The notes below the pieces were generated by a model. That model ran no database searches and was not told where the DNA came from. It saw nothing but the letters and a program-made list of their open reading frames with translations. Position numbers and translations under genes: made by a program. Of a stretch of 64,000 bases of DNA, positions 24,167-35,207 are shown piece by piece. Location of the stretch: the NCBI GenBank assembly GCA_963699925.1, contig CAVOVT010000007.1:441008-505007 (forward strand). The letters run 5' to 3'. Source of the stretch: an uncultured Gammaproteobacteria bacterium (GTDB taxonomy: Bacteria > Pseudomonadota > Gammaproteobacteria > Steroidobacterales > Rariloculaceae). How positions within the stretch are numbered: the first letter of the stretch is position 1; each line of letters begins with the position of its first letter.

Positions 24167-24269
24167 CGAGGGCACCGTACCCGAGACCTGAGACGCGCGC
24201 ATCCTCTCGCAGTCGCGGCCGGGAGGCAAAGCGCACCGCGTGTATAATTCGCGGCCGGAGGAAGCACCG

Positions 24270-24647
24270 ATGGTCCGCCGGTTACGAGCTCTCACCGCCT
24301 GTCTCCTCGCCGCCTTGGCGGCGCCCGCTTTCGCGCACCATTCGATCGCGCTCTACGACACCGATAACCTCACGACGGTCAAAGGCGTCGTCACGAAAAT
24401 CGAGTGGACGAGCCCGCACGTGTTCGTCTATTTCGCGGCCGCGGAGAACGGCGAGAGCGTCGATTGGTCGATGGAGCTCGACCCGCCGGTGCTTCTACGC
24501 CGCTACGGCTGGTCGAAAGAGACGGTCAGCGTCGGCGACACGATCACCTGCACCGGCGCGCCCGCGCGCTCGGGCGCGAAGACGATGCGCGGCGCGATCG
24601 TGGAGCTCAAGGACGGCACGCAACTGCGCGTCTGGTCGCGTGTCTGA
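24270..24647 (+). CDS. DUF6152 family secreted protein
   Basis: AFA|HHSIALYD, EWTSPH, W.ME, GW; TATAAT at 24243 and GGAGG RBS upstream. Confidence 0.85.
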   Translation: MVRRLRALTACLLAALAAPAFAHHSIALYDTDNLTTVKGVVTKIEWTSPHVFVYFAAAENGESVDWSMELDPPVLLRRYGWSKETVSVGDTITCTGAPARSGAKTMRGAIVELKDGTQLRVWSRV

Positions 24648-24665
24648 GGCCGCCCACCTTTTAGA

Positions 24666-25670
24666 ATGAACTTCATATCTCACGCACAGGCCTTTGTCTT
24701 AACAACACTTATATCTAGCGCGGCCTTCGCGCAGGCGCCGCCGCCGGCCGGTTTTCCAGGCAAGCCTCCCGAGGGCCCGCCCGCCGGAGATCGTGCACTT
24801 CGAGACCGCGCCCGCGGCGATCGAGCCGGGCCAGTCCGTCACCCTGCGTTGGGAAGCGCTGAACGCGTTCTCATTGTCGATTGCGCCCGGGATCGGCGCG
24901 GTGGCGACGCGAGGCAACCGCACGCTGAAACCCGCCGCGACGACGACGTACACGCTTACGGTAACCGGGTCGGGGGGCACGAAGACGGCGTCGACGATCG
25001 TCACGGTGAAAGGGACGGTCGCCAAGACCGGCAGCGCATCGGCCGGTACCGAGCAACGCGTGCCGAAGCTCGCCGACGGCCACCCCGACCTATCGGGCGT
25101 CTATCTCGGCGGCCGCGATATCAAGCTTGCGGCGCCGCCGGTCGCGAAGCCGGGGGCGGAGAGCTACCGCGTCCCGGTCCGAGCCGAGGACCTCGGCCAG
25201 GGCGCGCAGTGCCTGCCGTCGGGCGTGCCGGGCGTGACGCTGGCGCCCTATCCGCTTCAGATCGTCGCGAAGCCGGACCTCGTCGTGATCCTCTACGAGG
25301 CGTTCAACATCTTCCGGATCATTCCGATCCGCCCCGCGCACTCGGAGGACCTCGACGCGACCTGGCTAGGCAACTCGGTCGCCCACTGGGACGGCGATAC
25401 GCTCGTCGTCGACGTCGTCGGCTTCAACGACAAGACGACGCTCGCGGGGTTCAAGCACACGGAAAGCCTGCACGTCGTCGAGCGCTACCGGCGCGACGTC
25501 ATACGGCGTGATCGCCTACGAGGCGACGGCCGAGGATCCGAACGTGTTCGCACACGCCCGTGAAGTACGCCGGCAACCTCGCGCTGCACCCCGAGTGGGA
25601 GATCGGCGAATACGTCTGCGCCGAGAACAACAAGGACTATCGCGACCTCCTGGAGCCACACCAGCCTTGA
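24666..25670 (+). CDS. two-Cys partner protein with extra N-terminal Ig/PKD-like beta domain (frameshifted)
   Basis: IEPGQSVTLRW...TTTYTLTVTG, then PDLSGVY, CLPSGVPG, PYP, AHWDGDTLVVD, EYVCAENN. Confidence 0.75.
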
Positions 25671-25867
25671 GGGTTGACGGGCTGCTGGCCGGCTGGCCGG
25701 CTGCTCAGCCGATGGCGTAAGGCTTCCCGCTGCCACCGTTCGTGCGCGAGCTGCTGGAACCTCCTCCTCGCCGAGTTACACCACACCGGCGCGAATGGGG
25801 AAGTTTTATTGCGAATGTCCCCTTTTCCGGATCACAGCCCTAGCGCCCTACGTTCAGCGCTGCATCG

Positions 25868-27290
25868 CTAGTCGAAATAGAACCGCGCGGCGAAGCGGTC
25901 CGAGCGTGGAAGCTCGCCGTTCACGAAGCGCGGCCGGAACGTCTGCGCGGTGACATAGCGCTTGAGATCCTCCTCGATACCTTTCGAAACCGTGGCCGAG
26001 CGCCCGAGAACTTCCACTCGCTTGACGTCGCCGAACCGCGTGATCTCGACGGACGCGTCGATGTAGCCCCGTAGAACGCGATCTTGGACGGTGCCGACGA
26101 TGCTCTCGGGCAGCACCGGGAACGGCAGACGGAACCTCGGGCGACAAGATCTCGTCGATCGTCTCGCGGGCGACATGGCCCTTCTCGAGCAGGTCGCGCG
26201 CCTTCCGATAGGCGTCCAGCGCCGGTCCTATGACTTGCTTTGGTAGCCACCAACGCCGGCGCCTTCGTAGGATCCGAAGACCAGGTACCAATCGGCGAGC
26301 GCGAGAAGCTCCTTCGCGACCTCCACGGGGAGCGTCGAAAGCTCATGCTGTCGATGACCTTGTGCCGCAGAATCCGCCCGCCCGTGAAACCGAGCGTGGG
26401 ATACCGCGACGCGCGCTCGGCTCCGTACCATGCGCTTCGCGCGCGCCCCGGCCCGAGTATCTCGGGATTCGCAAGCTCGAAGTACACGGTGTCCGACAGC
26501 GCGTCTTGGAGCGCGAACATGTCGGCGACATTGCCCGTATGCGTCCGCACCGCCGCCTGGATCGCGGCGATATAGTCGGACTGCGCGGAATGCAGCGCGG
26601 CGAGCGAAGGTGTCGGACGCGCGATCCACAGCTCGCTGTCGACACCCGACGTGAAGCCAACTTGGCTCGGGCCGGCATGCCGACGAGCCGGCGTGCGTTG
26701 CCCATCTCTTGCGCCGCCATCTCGGTCAAGATCCCGACGACGCGTGGATCGTCCGAGTTTCGGCCGACGAGCTCGCGCAGATAGCGCCGCTTCTCGGCGG
26801 CGCCGCCGTAGTCACCGCTCGTCTGCCGCGTCGCGACAAGCGACTCGACGACCTCGGCCTGGTCGAGCGAATGGAGCCCGAAGTTGATTCGGGCGATCTC
26901 GATCGCGTGCTCGAGCGCGGCGTCAGCCGACGCCGGATCGCCGAGCTTCAGGTACGTGGAGGCGAGCGCCGTAAGCTTGGCGATCAGCTCCGGCGACCGC
27001 TCGCCGCTCTGCGCCTGCTCGGCCTCGATCCCGTCGAGCTGTGCCGCGACTGCCGCCGTGAGCTCCTCCCGGCTCTCGGGCTGCTGCGCGTCCTCGCGCG
27101 GTGCGCCCCGTTCGGACACGCCGCTCCCGTGCGTGGCGTCGGACACGGGGTTGCGCGGCCCGAGCGGCAGGACCGGCGCCGAGAGCGGCTGAGGCCAAAA
27201 CGTCAGTGCGGAGAGATCGCGCGAGTCTTCGGCGTGCCCGGCCAGGCATATCCACAGCAGCGCAACGGAAAAAACACCGAGCTTCGCCAT
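25868..27290 (-). CDS. secreted TPR protein with TonB C-terminal-like domain (multiple frameshifts)
   Basis: signal peptide; TPR-like AIEIARINFGLHSLDQ; C-terminal GYIDASVEITRFG.V..VEV...FRPRFVNGE. Confidence 0.55.
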
Positions 27291-27316
27291 CGATGTCACC
27301 TTGCGGGCCTTCGACG

Positions 27317-29176
27317 TTACTCCTTCTCTTCGAAAGCGAGCAACACGTTGCCCGGCATGCCGCCGTTGCGGGAGTAGCCCGACGTCACATAGAGCATTCC
27401 GCGCGCGACCACGGCGCCCGCGCCATCGAGCGACCCCCCGCGGCCCGGCACACTGTTCACGGTCGTGAACTCGCGCGCGGTGTCGAAATCCCAGAGCAAC
27501 TTGCCATCGGCGGCCGCGACCACGCGCAGGTGGCCGTCGACCGCGCCGGTCAGCACGGCACCCGGAATCGCGGTCACGGCCGCGGGCTGCGCCGGGCTGC
27601 ACACGGCCTGCGTCCGCGGGCACGCCGCCGGCGGCGCAAACCAGGTCCTCTCGCCGCTGCGGATGTCGAGCGCGGTCAGGCCGCCGCCGCTCGACGGGTC
27701 GACGCCCGTCGGCCGCCAATCGAACGGCGTCGCGTCGGCGCGCGTTCGGCGTGCGAGATCCGAGACGGCCGCATAAACATTGCGGCCATCGCTCGCGAGC
27801 CCCCAGACGATCCCGCCGTTGATGCCGCCGGTGCCCACGCGGGTCTGCCACACGAGCTCGCCGCGTCGTGCCGGATCGAGCCCATAGACGACGCCCGACT
27901 TCTGGCCGACGAGCAGCCGCTCGACGCCGTCGGGCAGGCGCTCGAGCACCGCGGACGCGCCGATGTCGTAATCCATTCCGGGGCAACCGCTACCGCCGCC
28001 GCGATTGCACGACAGGTTGAACTCGTCGCCCGGCGTGAGCTGCTTCGACCACGCGACCGCGCCGTCGGCGATCTTGAGCGCGACGACGGCGTCGCTCATC
28101 GCCGTCTGCCCGGTGTAGTTGTTGCCGGTCGTGACGTACAGGAGACCGCGCGCCGCGTCGAGCGTCGGCGCCGACCACGTGCCGGCGCCCGACGGACCCC
28201 ACTGGCGGACGCCTCGGGCGTCCCTCCCGCCGGCCTTCGGCGACTCGGCGACGAGGAATGACTGCCAGATTCTCGCGCCGTCCGCGATCCGATACGCAAC
28301 GACGCTGCCGCGAAACGTGCAGCACTCGTAGGCGGGATTCAGCGGCCGGCTCTCCTCCCACGACGCGACCGGCACGTAGACGACGCCGTCGCGCGCGAGC
28401 GGCGCGCCGGTGAGCTTCGCGGCCTCGTGCTCGTCGGGACGGGCGCGCCAGAGCAGAGCGCCGGTCTCGGCGCTGAGCGCGTAAAAGCGCCCGGCCTGAT
28501 CGCCGAACACGACTGCATGTCGCTCGCCTCGGTCGTCGACCGGCGCGACGAGCATCGCGGTGCGCACGGGACCGTCGGCCTGGTAATGCCAGCGGATGCA
28601 GCCGCTGCGCGCGTCGAGCGCGATAGATCGACCCGCCCGCGCTGCCGACGAAGAGGTTCGTGCCGAGCACGGCCGGCGGCGCGAACGCGTTCACGTCGCC
28701 CGGCGAAACCGAACGCCCACTTCAGCTGCAGCCGGCCGAGCTGCGCGGCGGACAGACCGGGGCGGGCCTGATAGCGCGTGTTCGTCGGCGCGGGGCTCCA
28801 ACCGTTCCAGTCGCCCGCGTCGGTCTTCGCGAGCGTCACGGTGCGCTCCGCGCAGAACGCCGACGGCGGCGGCGCGCGATCCTCGCCCGGCACGCCGAGA
28901 TACGCGGCAACGGCCTCGCGCTCGGCGCGGTCGAGCATGTAGGTGAGGCTCATCATCGCGCCGAAGTCCATCGTGCGAACGATGCGCGCGACCGACATCT
29001 GCTCGAGCAGCGCCTTCGGCGGCGCGCGGTTGTCGGCGCTCGGCGGCGCGTCGTGACACATCGCGCAGCGCGCGGCGAAGATCGCCTCGCCAGACGGCAC
29101 GGCCGCGAGAGCCTGCGCCGACGGCGGCGACCGCGAGCAAGCCGAGCGCGCCGCGCATGAAAGCCCTCGTCGTCAT
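27317..29176 (-). CDS. polyvinyl-alcohol dehydrogenase-like quinohemoprotein (N-terminal cytochrome c; frameshifted)
   Basis: CAMCH; LKWAFGF; YECCTFRGSV; GPSGAGTWSAPTLD; GQKSG; GNVLLAF. Confidence 0.8.
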
Positions 29177-29234
29177 ACCTTCCCCGCCTCATCGCCGGCC
29201 GAACCCGCGCGACCGCCGACTATACTAGCGCGCG

Positions 29235-29765
29235 ATGTCGCAACCCGATTTCCGTTACTGCCCGCGCTGCCGCACCGAGCTCGAGCCCGGGCAGCACGGC
29301 GGCCGCGAGCGGCTCGCATGTCCCGCGTGCGGGTTCGTGCACTGGCGCAATCCGGTGCCGGTCGTCGGCGCAATCGTCGAGCGTGCGGGCCGGATCGTGC
29401 TCGTGCACAGCCTCGGCAGGCCCCCGCACTGGTTCGGCCTCGTCGCCGGATTCCTCGAGCCCGCAGAGACGCCGGCGGAGTGCGCGCTCCGGGAGGTGAA
29501 GGAAGAGCTCGGGCTGGATGCGACGCTCGGCGCGTTCATCGGCGTCTACGCGTTCGAGCGGCTGAACCAGATCATCTTCGTCTACCACGTGCTCGCAGGC
29601 GCCGGCGAGATCACGCTCGCGACCGACGAGCTCGACGACTACCAGGAGATCCCGATCGAGCGGATCAAGCCGTGGCCGCAAGGCACGGGACCGGGCTTGC
29701 GAGACTGGCTGACGACGCGCGGTCTCCACCCGCCCACCGCGGAGTTCGGGACGCCGCAGGGCTGA
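29235..29765 (+). CDS. NUDIX hydrolase with N-terminal zinc ribbon
   Basis: CPRC...CPAC, NPVPV, GFLEPAETPAECALREVKEELG. Confidence 0.9.
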   Translation: MSQPDFRYCPRCRTELEPGQHGGRERLACPACGFVHWRNPVPVVGAIVERAGRIVLVHSLGRPPHWFGLVAGFLEPAETPAECALREVKEELGLDATLGAFIGVYAFERLNQIIFVYHVLAGAGEITLATDELDDYQEIPIERIKPWPQGTGPGLRDWLTTRGLHPPTAEFGTPQG

Positions 29766-29776
29766 GGTCGCCGCTG

Positions 29777-30103
29777 CTAGCCGTCGCGCTCGTCGAGCAG
29801 CGAGTCGACCTCGCTGATACGCGCAAGCGAGCGAATGTGCGCGGGAAGGTTGGTGAAAACCAGCTCGCGGCCGTCACGCTGCGCGATGCCGAGCCACACC
29901 AAGCAGACCGCGAGGCCGGCGCTGTCGGCGGCGGTCACCGCCGCGAAGTCGATGTCGAGCCGTCGGGCCGCGGACGCGCCGATGGCGCGCAAGCCCGCCG
30001 CGCTGGCGAGCCGCGCGGTGGCGAACGTCAGCGCGCCGCGGACCGCGAGCTGGTCGGCGCCGACGCTCACGACCTCCGCCGGTACCGAGGACACGGGCCT
30101 CAT
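29777..30103 (-). CDS. mlaB: STAS-domain protein of the Mla system
   Basis: GALTFATA, DSAGLA, LARIS; last gene of the mla cluster. Confidence 0.8.
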   Translation of the reverse strand: MRPVSSVPAEVVSVGADQLAVRGALTFATARLASAAGLRAIGASAARRLDIDFAAVTAADSAGLAVCLVWLGIAQRDGRELVFTNLPAHIRSLARISEVDSLLDERDG

Positions 30104-30739
30104 TGTTTCTCGCCCTTGGGCGCGACCGGGACGTTGCCCTTCTCGATCCGGTCGATCACCGCGTCGAGGCCCTGCTGATCGATCGCCGCGCCGAAGTCTT
30201 CTCGAAAGCTCTTCACGTAGCTGATGCCCTCGATCACGACGTCCCACGCTTTCCACCCGTCGTCGGTCTTGTGCAGGCTGTAGCTCACGGGCACGTGGTC
30301 CCCGTTATCGCGCGTGACCTCGGTGCGGACCGTGGCACGGTCCGCGTTCGGCTCGACCTTGGTCGGGAAAACCTTGAGCCGGTCGCTCGTGAACTCGGCA
30401 AGCGCGCTGCCGTAGTTGTCGACGAGCGTGTGATAGAACGCCTTGGAGAAACGGTCTCGCTGCTCCGGCGTCGCGGTCGCCCAATGCCTGCCGAGCACCA
30501 GGCGGGCCGCATAGGGGATGTCGAAGTGCGGCAGCAGGTACTTCTCGACGAGCGCGCCGACCTTCGAGGGGTCCTTCCGATAGGCGGCACGGTCCGCGTC
30601 GAGATCCTTGAGCATGGACTTCGCCGCGGTCTCGACAACGTCGCTCGGCCCCGGCTGCGCCTGCGCCGAGGCCGCGCCTTCGCCTGCGGCCGCGACCCCG
30701 CCCGCAATCAAGATCAGCATCGCCGAAAAGTGCCCGCAT
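30100..30739 (-). CDS. mlaC: periplasmic phospholipid-binding protein
   Basis: LPHFD...ARLVLGRHW, WKAWDVVIEGISYVKSFR. Confidence 0.85.
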
Positions 30740-30742
30740 CGG

Positions 30743-31254
30743 TTACTTCTCGGTCGCGGCGCCGCCGCCCTGCGCGGCACCGGAATCCTTGCTCACGAAG
30801 CTCGCGAACAGCTTGTTGATGAGATTTTCGAGCACGATCGCCGACTGCGTGAGCTCGATCCGTCCGCCGTCCTTGAGATACGTGTCCGAGCCGCCCGGGC
30901 CGATGCCGATGTACTTCCCACCGAGCAGCCCTGCGTCTGCACGCTCGCGTCGCTGTCGTCCGGGATCCGGTTGAACTGCGAATCGATGCGCAGCGAGACG
31001 ACGCGCCTTGTAGCTTCGCGAGTCGAAGCGAATGCGCCTCGACCTCGCCGACGCGCACGCCCGCCATCGTCACCGGCGACCCGGTCTTCAGGTCGCCGAC
31101 GTTATCGAACTCGGCGGTCAGATGATAGCCGGCCGCCGCGCCACCGAGCCTGAGCCCGCTCGACGGGCAACTGCGTGGTGAGAAAAAACAATGCGGCAAA
31201 TCCGAGCAGCACGAACAGGCCGGTGCCGATTTCGAGCGTACGTGTGGCGCGCAT
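30743..31254 (-). CDS. mlaD: MCE-domain protein (frameshifted)
   Basis: TLEIGTGLFVLLG, AEFDNVGDLKTGSPVTMAGVRVG, TQSAIVLENLI. Confidence 0.85.
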
Positions 31255-31269
31255 GATCGAATCCTTCGT

Positions 31270-32037
31270 CTAAAGAAAGGCCGCGGTCAACATGTAATCG
31301 AGCAGCAGCGTGAGCACCGAGGAGGCCACCACGGTGCGCGTCGTCGCGAGCCCCACGCCTTCGGCGGTCGGCTCGGCCGTGTAACCCGAGTGAACCGCGA
31401 TCAGGCTGCACGCCAACCCGAATACGCAGCTCTTGACGACGCCTTCCATGACGTCGTTGAGCTGGACGGAGCCCTGCATCTGCGACCAGAACGCGCCGCG
31501 ATCGACGCCCATGAGCTGCACGCCGACGAGATGCGCTCCGAGCAAGCCGACGACGTTGAACACGCACGACTAGCAGCGGCATCGCGACCACGCCGCCGAG
31601 AAACCGCGGCGCGACGACATAGCGCATCGGATCGACGGCCATGATCTGCATCGCCGTGATCTGGTCGGTCGCGCGCATGAGCCCGATCTCGGAGGTCAGC
31701 GAAGTTCCCGCGCGGCCGGCGAACAGCAGCGCCGTGACGACGGGTCCGAGCTCCTTGATCAGCCCTAGCGCCGCCGCGATTCCGAGCGCGTCCTCGGAGC
31801 CGAATCGCTGCAGCAGGTCGAAGCCCTGCAGCCCGAGCACCATGCCGACGAACAAGCCCGAGAGCATCACGATGATCAGCGAGCGCGCGCCGGCGTTGTA
31901 GATCTGAGCACGATGAGGCGCGGCCGCGCGAGCGCCGCGCCGCACTGTGCGAGCAGCGCGCAGCAGGAATAGCGCGACCTGACCGGTCGACGCGCAGGCG
32001 CGAAAGCGGCAGCGAGTCGCGCGCCGCGCGCGCTCAC
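31270..32037 (-). CDS. mlaE: ABC permease (frameshifted)
   Basis: SGLFVGMVLGLQG, ELGPVVTALLFAGRAG, GVGLATTRTVV. Confidence 0.9.
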
Positions 32038-32842
32038 TGCTCGTCCACCGACTGAAGCTGCTCTGCGCAGGTCCGGGGCCGGGATAGTGAAACGGGACCG
32101 GGCCATCGGCGATCGCCGCGCATGAACTGGCGCACGTCGGCCGAGTCGCTCTGCGAACAGCTCCTGCGGCGTGCCGTGCGCGACGACTTTGCCGCCCGGA
32201 CAGCAAGTAGCTGTCGTCGGCGATCTCGGCGAGATCGTGCGACGTCGTGCGAGACGACGATGCTCGTGATGCCGAGCCCTTCGTTCATCTGGCGGATCGA
32301 GCCGCAGTATCACGCCGCGCGAGATCGGATCGAGACCCGACGAACGGCTCGTCGTAGATCAGGATCTCCGGATCCATCACGATCGCGCGCGCGAGCGCGA
32401 CCCGCCGAGCCATGCCGCCGGAGAGCTCTGCCGGCATCAATTCGGCCGCACCGCGCAGACCGACCGCATTCAGCTTCGCGAGCACCAGCGCGACGGATCA
32501 GCGGCTCGGTCAGGTCCGTGTGCTCGCGCAGCGGGAACGCGACGTTCTCGAACACGTCCATGTCCGTGAGCAAGGCGCCGTTTTGAAACAGCATGCCCAT
32601 GCGCTTGCGCAGCGCGAACACTTGCGCGCGGTCGAGCGTCGCGAGATCCTGGCCGCATACGACGATGCGGCCGCGAGTCGGCGCGACCTCGGCCGGTGAT
32701 CAGCTTCAGAAGCGTGGTCTTGCCGGTGCCGCTCGGCCCCATGATCCCCGTGACGCGGCCGCGGCGCACCGTGAGGTCGAACCCGCGCAGAATCACGCGC
32801 GAGGCGATCTCGATATTCGACGTCGCGAACGTCGACGATCAC
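32034..32842 (-). CDS. mlaF: ABC ATPase (frameshifted)
   Basis: [43 protein letters not shown]. Confidence 0.9.
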
Positions 32843-33041
32843 GTCGGCGGCGCTCGGAGCCTCTGCGTGAGCCGTGCGGAGAATCGTTAGTCACGCGCCG
32901 TCGCGCGGCGTCCAGGCCGCCAGACTCTCCTGTTCATCAGTGGCCTCGAGTCGGTGCGCAAGAATAACAAATCGGATCGCGGAACATCCGAAGCGCTCGC
33001 GTCGCGGCTCACTGCCGGGTTCGGGCGGCGATCGGCGAGGA

Positions 33042-33802
33042 TCAGGTGACGCGTCCGGCGACTGCTGGGGACGCGTCGGCGACGGATCGAGCCGGATCGA
33101 GCACGGTCGTCCTCGGCGGTGCCCCGTCGTAGACCTGATAGCGGCGGCGCTGCAGATACGCCTTGCGGATCAGCGCGTACTCGTCGAACGAGCCCTCGAG
33201 CGCGCCCTCGCTCGGCAGCAGCGCCGCCCGGTCCGACGTATACCGCCAGAGGATGAGCCCCCACGCGGCGCCCGAGTCGTTATGCCAGAGCAGGTCGATT
33301 TGGAGGTCGACCGTCCAACCCGCCCAGTCCCGAACCGTGCCCATGCCGAGGATCGGCAGCATCAGCGGCCCGCCCGACGGCACGCCCCAGACCGCGAGCG
33401 TCTGTCCGAAGTCCTCCTCGTGTCGCTCGAGCCCGAGCTTGGCGGCCGGATCGAAGAATCCGGCGCCCGCCACGGTGTTGAGCAGGAAACGCCCGAGGTC
33501 GGAGAACCCCGGCTTGAACTTCGCTTGCAGGAAGCTGTTCAGGATGTCGATCGGCGCGGACAGGTTCGTGAAGAAGTTCCGCATGTGTCGGTCACGGGCG
33601 CAGGGCACGAATCGATCGTAGCCGCGCGCGACCGGCCTCACGACGTGTCTTGATCGAGCGCCCTATTGAACTTGTAGACGCCGCGGTTCAGGCGCTCGAA
33701 GTGATCGGGCACGTCCTCGCGCACGGCGCTCGCCGGCATGCAGCCGCTGCAACAGAGCCGGCCGCGGCAAACGACAAGCGACAGCGACAGTAGCAATCGC
33801 AT
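33042..33802 (-). CDS. mlaA: VacJ/MlaA lipoprotein (frameshifted; both ends approximate)
   Basis: FERLNRGVYKFN.ALD, NFFTNL, EDFGQTLAVWGVPSG, LPILG..TVRD. Confidence 0.85.
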
Positions 33803-33966
33803 CCAGCTCGAGCCCCCATCCATGGTCCGGCATTCTATGCGCGGTGCGATTCGCGGTACTCCGAATACCGCACAGGCGCGGCCAAGGGCACGCATTAATA
33901 CACATCCGTGCGAGCTTTGAAAATCGGCGACGCGGTGCTCCGCTCGCCTTGCCGCCGGCGGCCGCG

Positions 33967-34947
33967 CTACTTCTTCTTGTCGCCCTGCTTCGTGAACGTG
34001 AAGTCGGCGAACTGCGACGTGCCCTGTCGGTCTGGATGACCTTGTTGTTCGGGTTCTCGCCGCAGTACCAATAGCCGATGCGCAGGGAGCCGTCGGGATT
34101 CGACACGTGCTTGTACGTCTGGCGCACGTACCACGGCTCGAGCGAGCGTCTCGGGGTCGTAGGCCCAGACGTCGACGACGACCGTATCGGGATCGACCTT
34201 GTTCCAGACCTCGACCGCATCGAGCTGCTCGGAATACTTCGGGTCGTTGCGGTGGAAGATGCCGGCCGCGACCTGGCTCGTGTGGATCACGAGCGTGTGG
34301 CCCGCCCAGAAACCGATCGAGTCGCCGTAGGGAGTCGGGAACGCGTCGGCCGCGGGCGGATGGTCGCGCCCGTCGGTGTAGACGCGGCGCAGGTTGTTCA
34401 TCGTCTCGGAGAAGAGATACGTCTCGCTCAGGCGTCACGATGAACTCGCGCAGGAACGGTATCGCGAGCCAGCGCGGAAAACCCGGCGGGCTGCAATTGC
34501 TGAGCGGGTCGTACTCGATTCCTTGCGCCGAGAGCTCGCGCCGATGCTGCAGGTCCGCGAGCGCGTCGGGCTTGAGCTTCGCGGTCGTGAGCTCGCCGCG
34601 CTTCTGCTCGGGATCGAACAGCGGCGGGCCGACGCGCTGCCAGAAGCCCGTCCAGTCCGGCATGTCGTCGAGCGACAGCGGCGCGCCACCGCCGGCCTTC
34701 GCCTTCAGCGCCGCGTAGAGCTCGGCGCCGCTCTTGTACATGAGCCCTAGAGCGACCTTCGCGTCGCGATCGGTCGGCACGAGCTCGGTCTGACTCGCAG
34801 CAGCGCTCGCCGCACGAGCCGGCTCGTCACCGGCGCTCGGCGGACTCGGCGTGCACGCGGCGGCGAACGTCGCGAGTGCGAGCACCGCCGCGAGCTGCAC
34901 TTGTCGAGCGGCGCGACGCTCAGTCTGCTTCGTGCGCGCGCCGCCAT
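33967..34947 (-). CDS. lipoprotein-like, divergent member of the two-Cys partner family (frameshifted)
   Basis: FAAAC lipobox-like; PDWTGFW, DPLSNCSPPGFPRW, RRVYTDGRDHP, YGDSIGFW, WYCGENPNN. Confidence 0.7.
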
Positions 34948-34950
34948 CGG

Positions 34951-35094
34951 TCAGCGGCTCGACTGCGGCGACGGCGGCTTTGGCGTGGCCTCGTCGGGTT
35001 GCGCGGTCGCCTTGTCGAACGTGAAGTCGCGAAACTGCGACGAACCGGTGTCGGTCTTGACCGCGCCGAGCGCGACACGAGCGAGTGCGGTCAT
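34951..35094 (-). pseudogene. 47-aa remnant: start of a signal peptide joined to the C-terminus of a paralog of the downstream gene
   Basis: MTALARVALGA-VKTDTGSSQFRDFTFDK... matches IQTDxGTSQFADFTFTK at the end of 33967-34947. Confidence 0.6.
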
Positions 35095-35207
35095 TCTTCC
35101 CCGACGAAAGCGCACGAAGAGCGAACGCTAAACCCGGAGCACTCGGGCATGCAACCGGCTCGGCTTGAGCTAAGATGCGCCAAACCATAACGAATGGGGG
35201 TCTCGCG

